A stretch of 64,000 nucleotides of DNA from Squalus acanthias (Eukaryota), in contig CM059425.1 in NCBI GenBank assembly GCA_030390025.1, positions 168,022,001 to 168,086,000 of the forward strand, read 5' to 3'. Made by a program: the position numbers and the translations under genes. Position 1 is the stretch's first letter. The number at the start of each line of letters is the position of its first letter. The notes under the pieces were generated by a model that was not told the origin of the DNA, made no database searches, and saw only the letters and a list, made by a program, of their open reading frames with translations. Positions 49,368-62,398 of the stretch are shown here, piece after piece.

Positions 49368-50949
49368 ATTTAGCATGCAAATCAAGCTCCTGGGCTGGAT
49401 AACGTCTGCAGGTAGAGGGGGATGTGGGAAGGCCAGCAGTTAGAATTAAAGGGATACACCCACTTAAATTTATAACCAGCTGCATTACGGACAAAATTAT
49501 TTTTCAGCCTCTCCAATACATGTTTGGGGCATAAGAAGTATCTGGCAAAAACTGGTGGAGAACAAAACAAATGCGGTGGCAGGAAACAGAGTATGCAAGT
49601 ACATACCCTGAACTGACGGTTTGATGACTGGCGAAGTGGAGGTGCTGCTGCATAAGCTGGGTATAAGGAGGGTTGCCTTGTCCAACCCTCCAGAGTAGCC
49701 TCCCCAGGGAACAGAAGTGCAGCATACCTGTCAGGAGGCGATAGCCAGGCTCAACAATGTGTGACACTACCCACAGGACCTAGGAAAAGACACACCTTAA
49801 GGAAACTGCCAAGGTAAGACTACCCAACAGCACCTGACCAGCCATTATCTAATTGAATTGCAGAGCAGGCTCGAGGGGATGAATGGTTATCCCTATATAC
49901 CATTTGTCAGGTAGGTTGCCCAAGTATGTATGCCACAAAAAACTATTGCCAGTCAACCTGTTCAATATATACCGTTGGCCCTGTCGAATCCTCACTCAAC
50001 CCTACAGCTCTTTCATTATTAATCAGTGGGATTAGTTTTGCATTGCTGAAGGTGAAGACTTATCCCGCAGTCATGTACTGACAACAGGTTGGATCCATGG
50101 CTATCACTATGTGCTTCGCCAACTGACAGCACGTCAAATCTATTTATTTGTTTGCATGGCAACAAGATGACACATAATACAAAGGAGCAGGCCTGACCTG
50201 GAAGATATTACAGGCCCTTGACATTCTTGGAAGAGGTTATACTCGACATCCTTGCATATCATAGCATGGAGGGAGTAGTGGAAGTTGAAGCTGTAGGCCT
50301 TCCCCACGCTCAGGGCTAGGACCATTCTGCTTGCATGTCTTAAAATCAGTTCTAATTCATTCCCACAAAGACATATACACAATCATAAAAGCGTCGTAGA
50401 CAGTAATTTGCAATACAAACTCAGTCTTGAAGATTTGACTTTCAGCCAGCATTCTAACATTTGTTCCTTTTGTCATTACAAGTCTGGAAGAAGAGTCTGC
50501 TGAAACATATGATGGTCCAGAAAAATCAGCACCTTGTGTCTCTCTCACCAAAATGTATCAACCAGCAGAGCTACACACACCCTAGAGGATACAGTTAGTG
50601 ATCTAGAGGAGGCAGCACCGACTGAGTCACAGTGCACAGGTAAGGAGTGCTCCTCCTGCCTCCACATTAAGATGGTGTTGTTCTGCGCTCGCAGCCACCC
50701 CCCTCCCCGATCGCCACCCCCCCCATCCCGGACCCACCTGTGGGCCTCGGCCAGCGTCCAAGCTGACCAAAATTGGCCAGTGACAAGCTGTGTTGGGGGC
50801 GCCCGATTGGCCCCTGCAGCTCGCCCGAATTATGATGCTGAGACCCAAGGACCAATTTAGGACAGTTCTCGGGTCTCTCCATTCTGATGCACCTTGGCTG
50901 AGCGCCACACGAGTTGTGCCCAGTTTTGGGCACTGATGAATTTAGACCC

Positions 50950-51272
50950 CAAAAAACTCTCCAAAATACTTTCTAGAAATTCATTGCCTACTTGAGCGGT
51001 TCTGCTTCTCCCAGTCTACGCAAAAATTAAAATCTCCCATAATAACCATGTTGTTTTTGCTACATGCTTCCCTGATCTCTGTATTTATGCATCCCCCACT
51101 ACATCACTACTGTCAAAAGGTCTATGGACAACTCTCACTAGAGTCTTGCATCCTTTGCTCTTCATTAATTCTACGCATAGTGTTTCCACTGCCTTGTCAC
51201 CTTTACTGAAATCCTTTCTTTCGACTGCTGTAATTGTGTCTTTTATCAATATTGCTACTCCTCCTCCTTTAA
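50950..51272 (-). mobile_element. Old CR1 endonuclease fragment
   Basis: KGGGVAILIKDTITAVER..VETLCVEL..VVHRP, followed by GDFN-like coding. Confidence 0.7.
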
Positions 51273-51886
51273 TGCAACAACTCCAGTCACCAAATCTCAC
51301 TCTCATTTATGATCAATCTAATATTTGTCATGAGAATGGGTAGCAAGAATGTGTCCGATTCCCCCAAAAGACAGACCCAATACATGTTTTAGTTATGCTT
51401 GCTGTAGTTCAGAAATTCAATCTAGTTTTTCTTTGCCACTGTCATCTCGCTCCCACGCGCCTTTCCCCCAGGCTCGTCTGTCATCGCGGAGCCGACCCAA
51501 CTGGCAGCAGCGGGCGACCCAATTGAAATCATTATCAGGTAGTTTACAGGCACTTAAGAGCCTTTTTCCACTTACTTTTTAAATTTCCCTGCATGGCCAC
51601 GGGATTCACGCAGCTCAGGAAGCAGGTCTGTCAACCTGAGGTGGGAGTTCCATGACCATTTCACCAGCTGATTACTTGACAGCATCAAATGTACAGTAAA
51701 AGCTCCCACCTGACAGATGATCACTTTCCTCAGGCAGAAGCTGTTGCTCAGTCCATTTCCAGCACAGATTCTGCAGGCTGCAAGTTTTCCAGCAAAGTCT
51801 CCATCCAGTCTCACCTCATTGGAAGAACTCTCTCACTATTGACAGATCGCTTCTGTCATCTGTACTTCACCTGTCATCTATTCCAT

Positions 51887-52412
51887 TGGCAGGATAGGCG
51901 CACCAACGTCAGTGTTCTCGCTCAGGCCAACATCCCCAGCATCGAAGCTTTGACCATGCTCGATCAGCTCCGATGGATGGGTCACATCGTCCGCATGCCC
52001 GATAGGAGACTCCCAAAACAAGCGCTCTACTCGGAGCTCCGACACGGCAAGAGAACCTAAGGTGGGCAGAGGAAACGCTTCAAGGACACCCTCAAAGCCT
52101 CCTTGAAAAAGTGCAACATCCGCACTGACACCTGGGAATCCCTGGCCCAAGACCGCACAAAGTGGAGGAGAAGCATCCGGGAAGCAACTGAACACCTCAA
52201 GTCTCTTCGCCGGGAGCAAGCGGAAGTCAAGCGCAAGCAGCGCAAGGAGCGCACGTCAACCCAAGCACCCCACCCACCCGCCCCTTCGACCACCGTCTGC
52301 CCACCTGTGACAGAGACTGTAGGTCCCGCATTGGACTCATCAGTCACCTGAGAACTCATTTTTAATGTGGAAGCAAGTCATCCTCAGTTCCAAGGGACTG
52401 CCTAAGAAGAAG
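51887..52412 (+). mobile_element. RTE-clade LINE 3' fragment
   Basis: WQDRRTNVSVL..QLRWMGHIVRMPDRRLPKQALYSEL..GGQRKRFKDTLK..C-terminal CxxC..HLRTH; (aag)n tail; TSD attccat (51880-51886, 52413-52419). Confidence 0.9.
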
Positions 52413-53119
52413 ATTCCATCAACATGGGTGCTGTTTATACTGTCTCACCTTGGTCCTCAGAATCAGACCACGATGAGCCCCAACACCAGCAGCACCAGGC
52501 ACACCAGGAGCACCAACAACAACACCATAACCTTCTCCGCAATCACCTGATGCTGCACAGGTCACAGGGCATCAGCACCCGACCACATTGCTGCCATGGC
52601 CAGATTTACTTCACTTGATGCTGTGCACCTTGGCTGCCACATGATGCGCTAGGTTGGCACCACCCCACACCAACACCATAAAGCATCCCTGCAATGCCCA
52701 AGCCATTCCTTTCACACTCATCGCCATTGCGGGGGGGTACCGCTATGTCTCACCATTCACTGCAACTCACTAAGCCACTTCCAAAGGTGCACACAAATCT
52801 GTCCAAGACCAGAAAGTGTTGAAAATAAAGATTTTTATGTTTGACACCACATTAACAGAAACTTTACATAAACATTGGATAAAACACCCAAGTGGCGACC
52901 CTTGTGTGTTGTTAGTTGGTATGATGCATTAGGATGAGGGTGAGTGTGAGGGGTGACTTGTGAGATGGGGATGTGATAATGTAGATAGAGAGGGATGGGT
53001 GGAGGTGCAAGGTATGTTGGTGTGAGTAAGGATGTGCAGGAGTAGGGTAGGGAAGGCAGAGTGAAGGGGATGTGATGAGAGGCACAGCAGGATGCAGTTG
53101 AGTGTGGCTTTGTACTAAC

Positions 53120-53342
53120 GTTTCCTGATCTAATTGAAATGTTTGCGGCGCTGCACTCAGGTCCTCCTGACCACATCCCTGCTTGTGCCCTACTTTGCAA
53201 TCTGCAACTTGGCCTCCTGAGGAGGTCTCTTCCGCCCATCGGAAGGGAAGAGGACCTCCCTGCGTGCTGTGACTCCTTCCATAAGCATATGGAGGGAGTC
53301 ATTGGAGAACCTGGGTGCAGCCCTCTGCCTCTGTGCAGTCAT
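53120..53342 (-). pseudogene. Myb/SANT-like exon 1 of Harbinger, frameshifted
   Basis: MTAQRQRAAPRFSNDSLHMLMEGVTARREVLFPSDGRKRPP..QCRKHFN, followed by donor gttagt. Confidence 0.75.
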
Positions 53343-54848
53343 TGTCAGTGTTTGCAGCACTCCAATGCTGTCGTACACTGACAGCACTATGCTAGATTAA
53401 ACGTCAAATCTAATGTGGCCATGATCCCTTTAAATATACCGGCTGAAAACGCGTCATGAATGACGTCACCAGACCCGCTCCATCTCATTGGGCCGGGTAA
53501 CCCGCTGGGCGGGCTTAATAGGACCCATTGAGGTAAGTTCATTTTCAGCAGCAGGATGGAGCCAGCAGCGGGGTCGCGTCCCACCACGGACACCGCCAAC
53601 ACCGGACCCGCCGAGGTAGGCACAATTCCAGCCACTGTGTGAGAGTGGAGTCACATGTAGGCCAGACCAGGTAGGGTAAAAGGTTCCCTTCCCTGTAGGA
53701 CATTACTGAACCAGTTGGGGTTTTACGACAATCGCCAGCTTTCGTTGTCATTTATTTCTTGTGCTAGCCCACAATTACCAGATTTATTAAATTCAATTTC
53801 ACAACTTGTCGTGGTGGGATTTGAACTCTAAACATAACATACTACAATATCCAGATTCTATGGGTGCAAAGATGGATCTGTTTATGTCACCAAACATCAT
53901 CCTTGGCATGTAAGATTCCCTTAAGTGAATCAAATGCCAATCAGATTTTCCCTAACCCTTCTGTTCCTCATGCTCCTCCTCTAAATGGCTGATGGCACAC
54001 AATGAGAAAAAAAGTATTGCTGGTATCCTCTTGCTGGATTTAATGGAAGTATTCAGCCCTTTAACAACAACTCTCTGAGCTTAACTTACCGCCAATATCC
54101 AAGTACGTGACATAAGTATGTGCATGACACCACAAGGTTACAGTTAATTGGACACACCTACCGATTACTGTCCTCAACTGTTATCACTCCAACAGCGTCA
54201 GAAATTCACTGCCAACTATTTAGACTTGTGTTGAAACTGCGAACGTCCAACTACAGTGGATAAATGTTTCAGACCATGTCGTGCTGCCGTTACTGGCTGC
54301 TTTTGGGCCATCAGCAAGATTAGCAATGACTGAAAAGCAGTCCCCCAAGAATGATTGCTCTTTCCTTTTCATTACTAATAGTCAGATTGCAACAGCCTGT
54401 GGATTCATTAAAAAATACTTTAATGAGAAATAAAGAAGCAAGAGTTTAAAAAGGTCACATCGAACCACTGGAATGTAAAAACACTGTGCCACTGCCCTAG
54501 AGCAGCAACTTATTCACCGAGTTGCCAAGAAAGTTAATTGAGTTTTATCATACAAAGAACTTTACTTTATTCTGTAGTTGGGAACTACATGAAAGCCATC
54601 TCTTTGAATTTTGAATATATTCTCTGTCCTTCAAGTTAAGACGGTGCAACTACACAAGAATAGCTACAACTATGTAAAATCAATAGTGCTGCCAAGATTG
54701 TTAAAATCAAAGCAGAATGACTGAAATTCTACCATCAACAACCTCAAAAATTACACTTCACAACTAGTTCAATTATTGATTTCTAAGATAAATCTATTCA
54801 AAATAATGATGTGTCTCCTGCTTCTCCAATGCCTTAACCATGTTGGAA

Positions 54849-55023
54849 TTGTTCTTTTATCCCCTCCCCCTTTTCCCAGCTTTACTCTGGCCTTAAATCT
54901 ATTTGATTTCCGGCTCTTCCCAGTTCTGACGAAAGGTCATCGACCTGAAACGTTAACTCTCTTTCTCTCTCCACGGATGCTGCCTGGCCTGCTGAGTTTT
55001 TCCAGCGTTTTCTGTTGTTATTT
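54849..55023 (+). mobile_element. Solo Penelope-like pLTR (family P1)
   Basis: Near-identical to the reverse complement of ~27760-27935. Confidence 0.88.
54922..54958 (+). ncRNA. Minimal type I hammerhead ribozyme motif
   Basis: agtt-CTGACGA-a-aggtc atc gacct-GAAA-cgtt-aact. Confidence 0.75.
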
Positions 55024-55464
55024 TAGTTATACTCTTGTTGTAATAAGGGCACTAGTGTGAATAAGGCACATCAAACAATATTGCCACACTTGTATTGATA
55101 GTGGAGGAGAGGAAGGTCAATGGCACCATTAACTGAGAGGGAGTAGGGGGTTTGGTGGGGGAAAGAGTACCAGCTTGTACTGGGAGAATAGAAGAAGAGT
55201 ACCTACTTAAATGGCTTGGAGAAATGTTCCAGGTTGAATTAATGGGAGAAATGTAGAAGCGTGTCAGCTTCTACATGCAGTAGGAAAAATAGAATGTTGT
55301 GGCAAATGTGTAAATCAAAGCTACTTCAAGATGAATTGGATCTTTTTCTTTACTTCCTACAGTGCCACTGGGGTAGTGGGAAGTAGAGCCCTTGGAATCT
55401 ATGAAGGCTTACAATAGGGCAAACTACACCATCCTATGTAACAGACTGGGATAGGTTATCACAT

Positions 55465-55870
55465 AGCATGGCTATACAACAGACAACAGACTTCAAAGAA
55501 CTGTATTTGAAACTGCTGATTTATGCAGAATTGAAATTGGAAATCCTCTAGGGTCATGATCTAAAGGCCTATTACTATCTCCTTACTACATTAATGACCT
55601 CCCTAAGGTAGGTGCTTACTCCAAAAAAAATGTATTTGCTGCTAACACTGCTAATATACCAGATCTACTGAAAATATAGAAAAAATATTTACTGAGAATA
55701 TGAGAAAGGTTTCTAGCGAACAGATAATAAACTGGTGCACTCAGAAAAGATACAAAACAAAATTAGATTAATTTCGCATCTCGACAAAGAAATAATTCAG
55801 AAGTACATAGAATAATCCTACACTCCAGAATGTTAATTTCATAAAAATATCTAGATATCTGGTTAAACAG
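55465..55870 (+). pseudogene. Ancient non-LTR RT relic
   Basis: Degenerate RLQRTV..IGNPLGS..YINDLPKV..FAANT, matching the order GVPQGS..YINDL..FADDT. Confidence 0.5.
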
Positions 55871-56284
55871 CAATTTCATATCAGCAAAGACAGCAAATGC
55901 AATGCTTCAAATCCTGCCTTACACACAATGCTCCATTTACAGTGTGAAATAAATCAATTTTGTAATAATTCTATGTTTGTTATTTTATATTTCATCATTC
56001 TCCCTCTTTTCTAAGCCTTCTCGTGCCACACATGATACTCCAACTGAGAAAGAAGGCAGATGAGCTTGGGTCTCAGCTTAGTGAGTGCACCTGCTTCCAG
56101 ATCTCTGGCAATGATGTCTATATCAGTAAAGCTAATCTGTCTGTCTGCAGTTTGAAAGCAAATACTGAAGCTTCTTTCATGAACTAGGTCAATATTTTAC
56201 AATTTCCCTTCTGTCAGCAATCTGCTTCATGAATGTTAAATAAAAGGTTCAATCTAACTGTTACAAATTCAGGTCTACAGTCAT

Positions 56285-56392
56285 GGGGGTGAAATTAGTC
56301 TTCGGCCAAAGCATGAAACGGGCAATAGCAAATTGGCAGCCCTGGGAATGCTGATTTTCTTTTCCATTTAGCTGAAGACCAATTTCACCCCC
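56285..56392. mobile_element. Mini palindromic Harbinger-type MITE
   Basis: TIRs gggggtgaaattagtcttcggc / gctgaagaccaatttcaccccc; flanks cat/gat. Confidence 0.75.
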
Positions 56393-56582
56393 GATATCTT
56401 CTCGGTTTCAGTAGCATCAGTTGCTCCTGAAATGTGATTGTCGGGACATGTGTTTGACGGGCAGTTGATCTGACATCGCCCGTTTTACACTATCGCACAA
56501 AGTCAAAATTACCCGTATTTTGTTTAATATTTTATTTGTGTGAATATACTTTGCTTTAAAATTCATTTAAATGTGCAACAAA

Positions 56583-56897
56583 AATAACTTGTATTTATAT
56601 ATCGCCTTTAACATAGTAAAACGTCCCAAGGCGCTTCACAGTAGCGTTATCAAACAAAATTTGACACCGAGTCACATAAGGAGATATTAGGGCAGAAAGC
56701 TTGGTCAAAGCGATATGTTTTAAGGAATGTCTTAAAGGAGGAAAGAGAGGTAGAGAGGCGGAAAGGTTTAGGGAGGGAATTCCAGAGCTGAGGGCCTTGG
56801 CAGCTGAAGGCATGACCACCAATGGTGGAGTGATTAAAATCGGGGAATTTCAAGAGGCCAGAATTAGAGGAGTGCAGATATCTCGGAGGGTTGTGGT
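56583..56897 (-). mobile_element. L2-clade LINE 3' end
   Basis: GGHAFSCQGPQLWNSLP..SLSSFKTFLKTYRF; tail ..ggcgatatataaatacaagtt shared with the Deu-SINEs. Confidence 0.85.
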
Positions 56898-57849
56898 TCT
56901 TTTCTGTGGAAAATGGCAAGAAATCCTAAAATGCGACACTAAACTTGAAAATAGAACCACCGTGACTTATTTGTCTGAAATGTGTTGTATGTACTTTCAT
57001 TGATCAGGAACCCACTGGAAATTAAGCTTTCAAATTTAATGTATATATATCCTGTTTTTGCTACTAGGTTTATCTTTAGTGCACACATGAATACCCCAAA
57101 CTGTTTGGAACAAAGCATAATGCAAAGGTTTCAACAGATATAATGTACATCACCATCTTTGCACTTAATAAATTGCCTGCTTTGTCAGCAGTATCATTTT
57201 ATAAGAGGAATCCCCAGCTTGCCAGCCTCAAATCCCTGATGACCGAGGGCCTTTAAAGTATAGGATGCATTTCAATAACAATATAATTGAGCAGTAATTC
57301 TACAGTACTGAACTGCCATTATTTTTTCTATTTGTATTAACCTAGAAGCTATTGTACAATATTGATCTTGTACCATGAAGTGATGGGTCACAGGTTCAGT
57401 CCACTCCTCCACTAAACTGATGATCTCAACTGTGTAGTTTATAAATGTTTATCCTCAAAAGTGTCCTCTCAGGTCCACACAAGACTACATCCCTCTTGCA
57501 GTCCATTAACTCAGCATTTGTCAAACGTTACAGTCTTGGCATGGCTCGAACAGCAAAATATCAGGAGAATTTGATGACATACAGATTGTGTAGCTGTCAC
57601 AGACACCTGCATGAAACAAAGCCTCTGCTGGCTTCAAGTTATTATTACTTTATTATATACTGACTCTGCTTCTCATAGTGATGAACCATTAATTGTCACT
57701 GATTACACAATAATTGTTAATATTTCGGTGTGGATACAATTCCACGTGGACTACACGCCGGATCCAGGTTGTTAATTCCTGCCAGAACAACAGCTGCTAT
57801 CAGTCAGAGAGAAAGCACGTGGAAATTATCCATTTGTGATGTTATACAA

Positions 57850-58026
57850 AAACAAAAAATGCTGGAAATGCACAGCAGGTAAGCCAGCAACTGTAACAAG
57901 AAAACAAACATGTGCCTGGTTCTGATATCGGATACACAATCGAAACGCCAAAACCGGCCTTTTCTCTTTACAGATGCTGACCGACTTGCTACGTATTTTC
58001 AGCATTTTCTATTTTTATTTCAGATT
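57850..58026. mobile_element. Degenerate inverted Penelope-like pLTR pair
   Basis: aaaatgctggaaatgcacagcaggt (minus arm) and cagatgctgaccgacttgct..ttttcagcattttct (plus arm) around a decayed ctgata..cgaaacg motif. Confidence 0.6.
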
Positions 58027-58415
58027 GCAATTCCTCTAACATTCATTTATGAAGTGTTGTCTGTTTGAGTCTGCTCGGTGACACGTATGTATGTTATGCT
58101 TCCCCATGACAGCATGACAACGAAATCTTTGCAGGCTCGGTTTCTGTTACCATCATATCAATACAACCGGGCTCACTAATGCTTTTAATTGATGTAATTA
58201 TTAATGTGCAGAAATCGGTAATGTTAGTATCAGCTCAAGTACACTTTGGGTTGCAGATTCCAGTGGTATTTTTAAATAACTTCAATAAATACAACAATGC
58301 TGCAAACATTTCATTATTAAACACTGGGAAATATAGTTACTTTTTTTCATTTCAGGCAAGGGAAAAAACCTATTTATACTGCACAGTTTAATGGAAGCCT
58401 TCTTATACAGACATG

Positions 58416-59300
58416 GGGGGAAAAATTTGGTTGCTTTGCGCCTCCCGTTAGCGCCCTAAGAGGGCGCAAAGCAACTAGCGCCCGGGCATGGCGATGTTTG
58501 CGCCGCTCGCGAAATTGACCAGTCATTTTGCGGCGGCGCTAAACACTACCGCCACGATCTCCTGCGCCCGCAGATCGTGATGTCAGTCGAACATGCAACG
58601 CCCCGGTAGCACCCCGGACCAAATATTGAGTGGCGTCCCCTGCCTTACCACCTGCCGCTAGCAACGACAGGTTGAGGGGAGCATTTTGCAGTCGGGAACG
58701 GATTGGGGGAGCGCTATTTAAAGGCAACTGCTTCCTGCCTTTTTTTATCGGTGACATTTTTGCACCATGCATTCTGAGAGAGAGAGAGAGAGAGACTTCT
58801 GGAGAGATTCAACGCTGTGTGAAGGAGTTTTGGGTGCTGAGCAGCACTTTGCAGGTTCATTTTGATTTTACCTAACTTGCATCGATTTAGAAGAGACTTA
58901 GGGGGCTGCACTCTGAGCTCTTTCCCTGGGTCTCTCTATTGTTCTTTCCAGCAGATTTGATGTACAGGTCTCTCCAAGCCGAGATTCAAGGCTGCAATGA
59001 GCAGGGTGTGGATGGAGAGCAAAATCGACCCTCCCCTTTAAGAACTGGCCCATGCCATTGTGTGTGTGCTCCATTGCTGACTGACATCACATGAGCTTCG
59101 CCAGCGCTCTGAGGTAGTGCCTCACTCCTCAGCATTAGCGCCTTAAGAGAGGTGTGCAGTGCCTGATTTAGCGCTCCAATCACCTCCAGGGGCGATAGAA
59201 GCCAAGTTTGCAGTCGGAGGCAATAATTAGCGCCAAGCGCTAAACTTTGCGCCCGGCTGATAATTGCACCCCAAACGGGGCAATACCGAATTTCTCCCCC
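58416..59300. mobile_element. Harbinger-type MITE family M1b
   Basis: Collinear with 43659-44552; TIRs gggggaaaaatt / aatttctccccc; flanks atg/ttg; internal (GA)n expansion. Confidence 0.92.
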
Positions 59301-60588
59301 TTGGATTTTTGTTATACATTATTAATTTTTTTTAAATTTCTAATAGTTCAACTTAATGTGACGTTCATTTAAATTAACTATGTGACTCACTTCTGCACTA
59401 ATCCAAGAGTGAAGCTTTGTTTTGGGTCAAAAATAATAAATTGCAGGATGAGACGTGCTGGAGAGCCACGTAGCTCATTCTGATGTCATCATCATGTTAA
59501 GGTGGATGGGCCATTCAAATTTAACTCAATATGTTATCACAAGGGTGTTTTTCCCTGATAATGCTTTGGCAAGATTGTCAGAAATAGGAGAATATTACAG
59601 AGAAGGGGAAAGGGAACCTTAGATAGGCTGTGAAAAAGTAGGCTCTAATGGCACTTCCCTACAAAAGTTAATAGGAAAAGCAGCTGATAAATCAACACAG
59701 AAAGACCACACACAATCTACTGGATACCTGGCACAGACATGATGGTGGGTTACCTGTTTCCTATCTTGGCTGGAGAATGGTGGGTGGTTAAGCATGAGGG
59801 AACAATGAGAGCAGAAATAAAGATTATAAAATTGTACAAAAACACGTCAAGACTTTACTGATTTGATTTAATTGTTATGTGTAGGCCTGTTCAATTCATT
59901 TCTCGTTCAGAACAAAAAGTTCATCAGTCATAGGTTTGTATGTTGGCAATCGTGTAGAAGACTTCCTAACATGTCGGTTATCAAGCTGAATAAGCCAGTT
60001 ATCAACAAGTTTTTGAAACATTAGATGCGTACAAAACTGGATTTGCCACGGCAGTTCATTTGGATTATTACATCGGAAGTTCATATGTATAAAAATCTAG
60101 CTCCCTTTATTAGGTGAAAGGAGATGACATGAGTGACCAATGACGTATTCACGCTCCAACCATGAGACAGCATGAGCGTGGCTGCTTTAAGACTTGAAAC
60201 TGGATACACTTGTCAAGTACTGGGGCTGATTACACCTTTACACATACTGCTAAACAAATCTGTAACTCCTTGTTTAGATTATTAACTTCAGTGGTAATTC
60301 TAACAATCCTGTCTTGATAGTTTTCAAATGGAGTTCCAGAACTGTTAATTAACACACACAGCTTGCAATCGTATGAAACCTCTATGAAATATGATACTGA
60401 TAACTCCAGAAGGAGCTCACAACAGGATGAGGTTACACTCCTATATTTGGGACCATGCCATCTGATAAGTCAGACTTTAACTGAAGATTACCACTTCCAC
60501 AGAATCCACCAATCAGCAGAAAGAAACTGTGAGCAATAGATTGGAATGGAGAAAAAAGTTATATATAACCAGACCTGAATATAACAGG

Positions 60589-60592
<4 letters not shown>

Positions 60593-60618
<26 letters not shown>
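60593..60618. repeat. (TA)n microsatellite
   Basis: Direct reading. Confidence 0.9.
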
Positions 60619-60619
<1 letters not shown>

Positions 60620-61119
60620 TTCTCCTGAAGCAGATGGACCGCAAAATTGGAGCCTTTCGCGCTGGCTGTTAAGGCCGGTTTGTAAGAAAAAACAGCGGTC
60701 ACCTCGCTTCCGCTCGCTTCTGGCGGGTTCCGCGGTGGCCACCATTTTGGGCAGATCAGGAGCGCTGCCTGCGCCTGCTGCAGATATTTATATGAGGCAG
60801 ATCGTGACGTCAATGAGTGTACAATGCTGATTTGATGCACGATCTACCATTTTTGACATCGCCGCTCCATTCAAAGCTCTCTCCTAATCACAACCAGCTG
60901 GCCATGCATTCAGCAGCAGGAAGGACACCCCAGCAGTGCTATTAAAGCAATCATCAACAACTTGCAGCTGGCTTGCTTTTTGAGTTCTACTCGCTCTGTG
61001 TAAGTTTGTGCAACTGTTTGGAGCTTTCTAGAGTTATTTATAGAGTTGTTGAGGTGACGGAGTGTTGCTGCAAGTGGAGAACATCTGGCTTCTGATTTAA
61101 AGGGTTCTGCTCAGACCAC

Positions 61120-62243
61120 TTGCTCCCAGTCATGAGGGCTCTACTTGCAGCCCCCCTTGCGCTTGAGTACGACAGGGAGATGGAGCGGAGGCAGCAAAGA
61201 AGAGGACAAGATGCTCACAGAGGGAGGAGGAGGGGCAGGAGGGCTCTCTGCAGGAGGCCTTACCCACCCAGGGTCTTCAGGGAGCACTTCTTCTCCCTGC
61301 ACTTAAACCAGGAGCAGTGTATTAGGAGGCTCTGCTTCACCAAGGAGGTTGTTACAGAACTCTGCCACCTCCTGCAACCAGACCTGCAGCCTCAGAGCAG
61401 GGAGACGACGGCTCTCCCAGTGGACATCAAGGTCACCGTGGCCCTCAATTTTTTTGCCATTGGATCCTTCCAGTCTGGAGCAGGAGACAAAGCTAACATC
61501 TCCCAGTTCACCGTTCTTCGCAGCATCCGGGATGTCACAGAGGCTCTCTACTCCAGGAGAAGGGACTTCATTGTCTTCTCTCTGAACAGAGAAGCAGAAC
61601 AAGCACGCGTATGGCTTTGCCACGATATTGGGCTCCCCCATGGTGCAGGGCGCCATCGACTCCACCCACGTGGCTTTGCAGGCGTCGTATACCAATCCTG
61701 AGATTTTCCGTAATCGCAAAGGCTACGACTCACTTAATGTGCAGTTGTTTTGGAATCACTCCCAGCGCATCATGATGGTGAATGCCCGGAATCCTGGCAG
61801 CAGTCATGATGCCTTCATCCTGCGCCAGTCCGATATGCCAGCAGTCTTCCAGCCACCACATCAAACCCGAGGGTGGCTGCTGGGCGACAAGGGCTATCCG
61901 CTCTACACCTGGCTGATGACTCCCCTCCGCAACCCCACCACTCGTGGCCAGCACTGATATAATGACAGTCATGCTGCCACGAGGAATGTCATCGAGCAGA
62001 CCATCGAGATGCTAAAGCAATGGTTCCGCTGCCTTGACTACTCAGGAGGAGCCCTCCAGTTGAATGCTTCACAACTTGGCCATCAGGAAGGCGTAGCCCT
62101 TGCCACCACGGGTTCCGGGACCACCTCAGGAGGAGAAGGAGGAAGAGGAAGAGGAAAAGTAAGAGGAAGGGAGGAGGCAGGCAGCAGATCCACATTCCGG
62201 ATGGGCTGTCCGTGAGCGCTTCATCAGACTCCGGTTCCAGTGA
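61120..62243 (+). pseudogene. Harbinger (HARBI1-like) DDE transposase, frameshifted
   Basis: PYPPRVFREH..ALNFFAIGSFQ; GAIDSTHVAL, NRKGYDSLNVQ, GSSHDAFILRQS, LLGDKGYP, TRNVIEQTIEMLKQWFRCLD; frameshift ~61590, stop 61955, deletion ~62060. Confidence 0.92.
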
Positions 62244-62398
62244 ATGAAACCCCAGATCCCCGTTGCTCACCACTTCCCCGTCTTACCATCCCTCTGTCAC
62301 GGACCATCACAGCGTCCTCCTGGGCACAAATCTGAAATAAGAGCCACCACAAAACAAACATTCCAATTTATCAGTACAAATCAAAAGAACAAAGTCAA

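Larger units (their letters stand above)
51430..53633 (-). mobile_element. Non-autonomous PIF/Harbinger element (same family as 28894), interrupted by RTE
   Basis: Reverse-complement collinear with 28894-32106 once inserts are removed; end ggcacaattccagcc; left boundary approximate. Confidence 0.8.

Noticed and set aside
61120..62243. Domesticated HARBI1 gene
   Set aside because: Frameshift, stop and deletion, with transposon ends and a related copy at 7241; this is a decayed transposon.
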